Source: a virus | Direction: 5' to 3' (one strand) | DNA length: 64,000 nucleotides | Virus record (IMG/VR): IMGVR_UViG_3300036766_001333 | Span: 13,881-77,880 of that record | Shown here: positions 59,094 to 64,000 of the stretch, in pieces | Layout: each line of letters opens with the position of its first letter | How positions within the stretch are numbered: the first letter of the stretch is position 1 | Made by a program: the position numbers and the translations under genes | The notes under the pieces: model-generated | What the model was told of the DNA's origin: nothing | Seen by the model: the letters and a program-made list of their open reading frames with translations, nothing else | Database searches by the model: none

Positions 59094-59534
59094 ATGGGGC
59101 TTCTTGATAAAGTGAATAAGGCTAAAAAAGAAAAAGAAGATTACGAGAAAGAAAAAACTCGTAAAGAAAAAGAGGAAAGAGATAGAGAGAGTAGCTATCA
59201 AAAGCAACTCTGCAAATGTGTTAGTGAAGCTTTAGACGAATTAGACGGTCATAAGGAATGTAAGGTTACAAAAAATGAAAATATGAATGAGTGGACTATC
59301 ACTAAGAAAGGCAATTGTCTTGCTAAAGTCAAAGTCACATATGGCACATGGGAAAATCCTAATTATGATTATAAAGTAGAAGAATCTGGTTATTATATTG
59401 TTTGGGAAATTAATCCTGATTCATATAGAAGTGATAATTATTCTTATAGAGATTCTGGCTATCGGCATGGGGCGGCACATTACAAGGGCTACTTCGCCGA
59501 CTCGTTTGCTAGAGATATAGCTGAATTTATTTAA
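59094..59534 (+). CDS. Hypothetical protein
   Basis: AGGAGG SD; charged N-terminal helix. Confidence 0.6.
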   Translation: MGLLDKVNKAKKEKEDYEKEKTRKEKEERDRESSYQKQLCKCVSEALDELDGHKECKVTKNENMNEWTITKKGNCLAKVKVTYGTWENPNYDYKVEESGYYIVWEINPDSYRSDNYSYRDSGYRHGAAHYKGYFADSFARDIAEFI

Positions 59535-59544
59535 GGATATATAG

Positions 59545-59675
59545 CTTGCTGGTTTTTACATGAATTAGCTGTTAATTAGTCCGAGAGCGGATTACATTTC
59601 TTACGGGCACCGCTGGAGGTTGTGGGTAATCCCACTTAACAGTGAAAAAGGTAGGGTTTGTTGCCCTACATTTTG
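59545..59675 (+). ncRNA. Candidate structured tRNA-like RNA
   Basis: Nested stems (see findings), locally higher GC, upstream GATATATA, terminal hairpin. Confidence 0.45.
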
Positions 59676-59684
59676 CAGAAGGTG

Positions 59685-60146
59685 CTATCCTAAATCTGGA
59701 TATGAAGTAGGTTCAAATCTGTTGTCTGCTACTTCTGGAAGTTGATCGAAAGGAATTCTTGGCATTAGGGAAAGCCAACAATTTTCTCCGATCCACATAT
59801 CCGGGTCAAGAAGCTGGAAACACTTATGACATACTACAACAGCCCTATATCCGCCATTTTCAGCATTGGCTTGGCACTCCTCATATTTAATTTCTTTACA
59901 CCGATCTAACAAGATAACCAAAGAAATATCGCAATTTCTGTTGTAGTTTAGGCAAAATTGTGCGGCAGACTTTAAAACAGGCAGTATATCATCTAAAGGC
60001 AAAACAGTCTTACACTTTGAACAAATAGCTTTTTCCACCGCATGTATTACACCAGAGCCAATATCTACACAACCGCCGCAACTACAACCAATCCTCCATG
60101 AATAAACCTTATGTAAAGGCACAGAAATAGTAGCTTTATCATTCAT
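59685..60146 (-). CDS. Cys-rich hypothetical protein
   Basis: CSCGGC, CSKC, CHKC. Confidence 0.55.
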   Translation of the reverse strand: MNDKATISVPLHKVYSWRIGCSCGGCVDIGSGVIHAVEKAICSKCKTVLPLDDILPVLKSAAQFCLNYNRNCDISLVILLDRCKEIKYEECQANAENGGYRAVVVCHKCFQLLDPDMWIGENCWLSLMPRIPFDQLPEVADNRFEPTSYPDLG

Positions 60147-60155
60147 CTTTTTCCC

Positions 60156-60944
60156 CTATATTTGAATAGTAGAAAGAACTTTCTTAATATGAGTTGCAGT
60201 CTCTTCTGCTTGATTCTTGGTAGCAGGAGACGTACTTTGAGCTACAGCAGCATTTCTCAATATACAATCCACATAAGTCCCATTTTCTTTACAGATAATT
60301 CCAAATTTCTTGGCAGTAATAAATGGATCGCCTTGTACGACCCCCTTCTTAGCACATGCCATTTTTAATCTTGAAACAAGTGCTTTGTAATATTGAATTA
60401 TTGCCAAGTCATAATGATCGCCTAACATCATTTCCTTGGCACGCTTCAAGGCATACATTTCTTTATCTACCAAGAATTCAATTCTACTTGCCCAATCTCT
60501 TTTGGCTAGGTGACGCCTTACAAAGAATCCACAATAAATCCACATAAATATCCAAAACAACAAGATACAAACCGTAATAACGGGAACACTAATATGATAT
60601 TTAACTAAAACTCCTTGTTGAATCAAAATCCCTTCTAATAAAGTAGATAAATACATGCCTAAATAAAAAGGTGCCGTAAGCATTGCCGCCCCATAAAAAT
60701 AATTACCTAGCTTTTGGCTTAAGGCAGATGGATTTTCATTTACAAAATCTGTAGCATAGAAATAAACAGCCAGAGCTAAGAATATACCTATAGCTATAAG
60801 GGCATAAGACAAAGGAATGACCACATCCATATAAGTAAAGCTAATTTCATCGAAGTAATGAAAAAATGGATGTAAAGCAAAAATAGTAGCTAATAAACTT
60901 AGCGTAAAATGCATTTTTGTTCGCAGATGTTCATTACCGTTCAT
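60156..60944 (-). CDS. Four-TM membrane protein with HEPN-like C-terminal domain
   Basis: Four hydrophobic helices, then AKEMM...YDLAIIQYYKAL...LRNAAV; AGGAGG SD. Confidence 0.55.
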   Translation of the reverse strand: MNGNEHLRTKMHFTLSLLATIFALHPFFHYFDEISFTYMDVVIPLSYALIAIGIFLALAVYFYATDFVNENPSALSQKLGNYFYGAAMLTAPFYLGMYLSTLLEGILIQQGVLVKYHISVPVITVCILLFWIFMWIYCGFFVRRHLAKRDWASRIEFLVDKEMYALKRAKEMMLGDHYDLAIIQYYKALVSRLKMACAKKGVVQGDPFITAKKFGIICKENGTYVDCILRNAAVAQSTSPATKNQAEETATHIKKVLSTIQI

Positions 60945-61134
60945 AAGTCCTCCTATGAATAGATTTTACCACACAATTTTGATTTTTCAATACCAATTCA
61001 ATGCTTCCATTATATTTTATTTGAAAATAAAAGCAATGTTACTATATTAATTTAACAAAATGACTAATTTTATTTTTAATTTTAGACGCACATTTCTATT
61101 TTAATAAAAGTTATTTTTTAAATAGGAGATAAAC

Positions 61135-62388
61135 ATGAAAATTGTAGAAAACGTTGCAAGAAGCCTGTGGGACATCATGAGGAACTTTGATGAAGGTAGG
61201 TGGCATCTTCCCTCTCACCAACGCAAACTAGTCTGGTATGCAGGTAAAATGAAGCAGTGGTTCAAAGATTTGATTCAACTTTACAAAGAGGGTGGAGCCA
61301 CTGTGCCTGGTTGTGTAATTATTTACGAATTACCTGGCAATCCTAAAATTTATTTAAATGATGGGGCACAAAGAGTATATTGGACTATTATGCAGTTCAT
61401 AAGTTATTGCAAGGAAAAAGACCTAAACTGGAAGGATATTTTACAATCAGTCACAATAACCGTGCAAAAAGTAGAATATCGTGATATTAGCGAGGCTATT
61501 CGATGCTTTATCCAAATTAACTATGGCACAACAGCAACGCCTTGTGAATTAACTAGAACTATGTTTTGTGAAACTTTCGATGATTTCACTACTTATTGGG
61601 AGCCAAAATTGGAAAAAATACATGAAGCAATAAAATTGGCACTATTAGAACAGGGATGTGAAATTGAAGATCGAAATGAACAACGTGAGCTAGGTCACAA
61701 AAGGAAAAGAGATGAGTATCATATGTTTTGGAAATTTATATCTGGTGATACCACTCAGTTCTCGCCACAAGTTGCACTATCTAACTTGCGTCCCGATCAG
61801 TGGGACAAACAAACCAAGCTAGAAAAAAATTTATTAGAAGAACTCAAAAAGATTAGCTACGCAGATATTGATGCCTCAATCACAGAGTTTGAAACTTTTA
61901 TCAAAAACTACGCCGCACTATACAGACAAATATGGCTAGAGAACAAGCCAGCAACGGAAGCACCTTCAAACGTTCATTTCAGATGGTGGTTAACAGTGGT
62001 TATTTATTTATACAATAACGAAATAAAGCTAGAAACAATTAGAACATTCACAGAAAAACTTATAAAACAAAGTGATGGTCGAACTACTTTGTTCTATGAA
62101 AACGAAGAAAATAAAAGATGTAATTGTAATACAGCTATGTCAAAACTTCATCAGTTAGGAATGATATCTAACATCATTGGCTTAGATGCTAGCCTCTTAG
62201 GATATACTCCAAAAAGAAGAAAAAAGAAAAAAAGGAACTTAAGAGTTGGATTTAACGAAAGTCATGTTAAAAATTTCTCAACCAATGGAAATGGAGATAC
62301 TTTGGCCGAAAACGCCGTAGAAAATATTCACAGATCGGCCCGTAACATGTCTTCTGTTGAAGAAGAAAGATTAAAAGCCATTACATAA
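61135..62388 (+). CDS. DUF262 (GmrSD/ParB-like) domain protein
   Basis: LPSHQRKLVW, LNDGAQR, FIQINYG motifs; possible degenerate His-Me finger at the C-terminus. Confidence 0.7.
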   Translation: MKIVENVARSLWDIMRNFDEGRWHLPSHQRKLVWYAGKMKQWFKDLIQLYKEGGATVPGCVIIYELPGNPKIYLNDGAQRVYWTIMQFISYCKEKDLNWKDILQSVTITVQKVEYRDISEAIRCFIQINYGTTATPCELTRTMFCETFDDFTTYWEPKLEKIHEAIKLALLEQGCEIEDRNEQRELGHKRKRDEYHMFWKFISGDTTQFSPQVALSNLRPDQWDKQTKLEKNLLEELKKISYADIDASITEFETFIKNYAALYRQIWLENKPATEAPSNVHFRWWLTVVIYLYNNEIKLETIRTFTEKLIKQSDGRTTLFYENEENKRCNCNTAMSKLHQLGMISNIIGLDASLLGYTPKRRKKKKRNLRVGFNESHVKNFSTNGNGDTLAENAVENIHRSARNMSSVEEERLKAIT

Positions 62389-62395
62389 AGTAGTA

Positions 62396-62435
62396 CAAAC
62401 ATAGAACCCTGACTTTAAGCAGGGTTCTATGTTTG
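62396..62435 (+). terminator. Intrinsic terminator-like hairpin
   Basis: 16-bp stem caaacatagaaccctg/cagggttctatgtttg. Confidence 0.8.
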
Positions 62436-62452
62436 ATTAATTAAATATTATA

Positions 62453-63112
62453 ATGAATATATCAAAAGACTTCATAGAGACAGAATACAAGAACAAGGGA
62501 ATTAATCAAATTGCTAAAGATAATAAAAAATCCGCTAAACTTATAAGAAAACTACTTATAGAGTACGGAATTAAAATAAGACCTTCTAATAAAAATAGGC
62601 ACAAAGATATAAATCTCATAGGAATGACTTTTTCTGATTGGAAAGTCATAGGAGAAGGAAAAGATAAATTTACTTACTTATGTGAATGCCAAGGTTGTAA
62701 AAAACAAAAATTAGTTAGAACTAATCATCTTATTAGTGGGGCCAGCAAGCTTTGTAAAAGCTGTTGCCATAAAGGAAGCAAAAGCACTAGATGGAAAGGA
62801 TGTGGAGAAATTACTGGCAGCTATTGGAGCAGATTACTCATTGGCGCTGAAAAAAGAAAAATTATTGTAACTATATCAATAGAGCATCTTTGGGAATTGT
62901 TTTTAATTCAAGGCAAAAGATGTATGTTATCTAAATTACCTATATCGTTTTCAGATAAAACTGCCTCTGTAGACCGAATTGACTCAGATAAAGGGTACAT
63001 AGAAGGAAACATTCAATGGGTACATAAAACAGTAAATAAAATGAAAAATGATATACAACAAGAAGAATTTATAAAATTATGCAAATTAATAACAATCAAT
63101 CAAAATATTTAG
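62453..63112 (+). CDS. HNH/His-Me homing endonuclease-like protein
   Basis: CEC..C, SVDRIDSDKGYIEGNIQWVHKTVNKMK. Confidence 0.8.
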   Translation: MNISKDFIETEYKNKGINQIAKDNKKSAKLIRKLLIEYGIKIRPSNKNRHKDINLIGMTFSDWKVIGEGKDKFTYLCECQGCKKQKLVRTNHLISGASKLCKSCCHKGSKSTRWKGCGEITGSYWSRLLIGAEKRKIIVTISIEHLWELFLIQGKRCMLSKLPISFSDKTASVDRIDSDKGYIEGNIQWVHKTVNKMKNDIQQEEFIKLCKLITINQNI

Positions 63113-64000
63113 TAGTCCCTTCCATAAGGCATCAATGTATTAAAGATTTTATTAAATCATGGGAGGACCAACTAAAAGAAGTCGAGCTTATAGTTGTCGA
63201 AGATAATCAAGAAAAAAGTTTTGATATTGATATAAAACACCACTATTCTTGGAAAGAAATTGACGAAGATTTAAAAGAAGATTCGTGGATCATTTCGAGA
63301 CGGGACAGTGCCATAAGAAGTTATGGATTTTTAATGGCATACAGAATGGGGGCAAAATATATATTTACTTTAGATGATGATTGTTACCCCATAAAAGGAG
63401 ATAACTTCTTTGACGCACATATTTCTAAGCTAGAGAATGCACAACAATGGACAGAACTAATATTAGGCGTTAGAACTAGGGGTATTCCATATAAAAATCT
63501 TGGCACACTAAAAAATGTAGTTGCAAATATAGGCGTATGGACAAATATCCCAGATCATGATGCCGTCCAAAGTCTAAGTTTAGGAGAAATAGATAAATTT
63601 TATCCTCCAAAAAACACAGATAGAATAATGCCTGTAGGACAATATTTCCCTTTTTGCGGAATGAATTTTGTTTTCAAAAGAGAAGTAGCGGTTTTGGCTT
63701 ATTTTGCATTGATGGGAGAAAAAAGTCCATTTAGACGTTTTGACGATATATGGTTCGGTATAATTTTCAAAAAAATATGCGATCATTTAAATTTACTTAT
63801 TAATTGCGGAAAACCATTTGTAGAGCATATTAAAGCAAGTAATCCATTTGTAAATTTAGTAAAAGAAGCCCCAGGTATTCAATATAACGAAACTTTTTGG
63901 GAGGTTATTGAAAAAATCAGTTTGACCAAATTTACACCAATTGAATGTATGAAAGAAGTTGGAGAATCCCTAGCTGACCAGTCTGATTCCTATTTAAAAA
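63079..64000 (+). CDS. RGP/UDP-arabinopyranose mutase-like (GT75) protein, 3'-truncated by the window; missed by ORF track
   Basis: MQINNNQSKYLVVPSIR...RSYGF...TLDDDCYP...RGIPY...PDHDA...FCGMN...RFDDIWFG...HIKASNPFVNLVKE. Confidence 0.85.
   Translation, partial: MQINNNQSKYLVVPSIRHQCIKDFIKSWEDQLKEVELIVVEDNQEKSFDIDIKHHYSWKEIDEDLKEDSWIISRRDSAIRSYGFLMAYRMGAKYIFTLDDDCYPIKGDNFFDAHISKLENAQQWTELILGVRTRGIPYKNLGTLKNVVANIGVWTNIPDHDAVQSLSLGEIDKFYPPKNTDRIMPVGQYFPFCGMNFVFKREVAVLAYFALMGEKSPFRRFDDIWFGIIFKKICDHLNLLINCGKPFVEHIKASNPFVNLVKEAPGIQYNETFWEVIEKISLTKFTPIECMKEVGESLADQSDSYLK

Noticed and set aside
58979-59107. 42-aa ORF MKCYGCG...
   Set aside because: Short, with a single CxxC and no clear SD; possibly a fragment, too weak to call.
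168-63786. Many 60-190-aa ORF-track entries nested in or antisense to confident genes (e.g. 3340, 5860-7053, 33399, 42566, 52793, 54902, 63580)
   Set aside because: They lack motifs and ribosome-binding sites and overlap well-supported genes.
1-64000. Stop-codon reassignment, as seen in some large phages
   Set aside because: Core genes are full length in the standard code, and TAA, TAG and TGA all end genes.

Overview
This is a 64-kb, AT-rich segment of a large T4-like (contractile-tailed) bacteriophage read in the standard genetic code; the host cannot be determined from the sequence. Positions 1-11.3 kb are a baseplate operon (probable tape-measure end, tube initiator, LysM/gp53, hub, gp5/VgrG spike, gp25, gp6/J, gpI-like) interrupted by an antisense zinc-ribbon endonuclease. 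Positions 13-18.4 kb encode three paralogous PKD-domain virion proteins, one with a Cys-Cys-Pro-Pro repeat. Positions 18-39 kb mix glycosyltransferases, an actin-like ATPase, primase, a Cas4-like nuclease, hydrolases, a solo TnpB, a LAGLIDADG endonuclease, CYTH and bacterioferritin-like genes. Positions 39.9-52 kb are the head module: terminase, portal with two inteins, prohead protease, scaffold and major capsid protein. Positions 52-64 kb hold accessory genes, decayed fragments, a tRNA-like RNA candidate, a DUF262 protein, an HNH endonuclease and an RGP/UDP-arabinopyranose-mutase-like gene. The most striking signal is an apparent capsid cargo-addressing system. A gene coupled to the portal fuses a copy of the major capsid propeptide to a Zn-finger domain, and several late-promoter-driven ORFs (two missed by the ORF track) begin with T4 internal-protein-like capsid-targeting leaders. 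Also notable are a dispersed putative virion-glycosylation gene set and a degenerate TA(A/T/G)ATA late promoter that often sits 4-10 nt before an ATG. All functional calls come from motif recognition and gene order only; no database searches were run.
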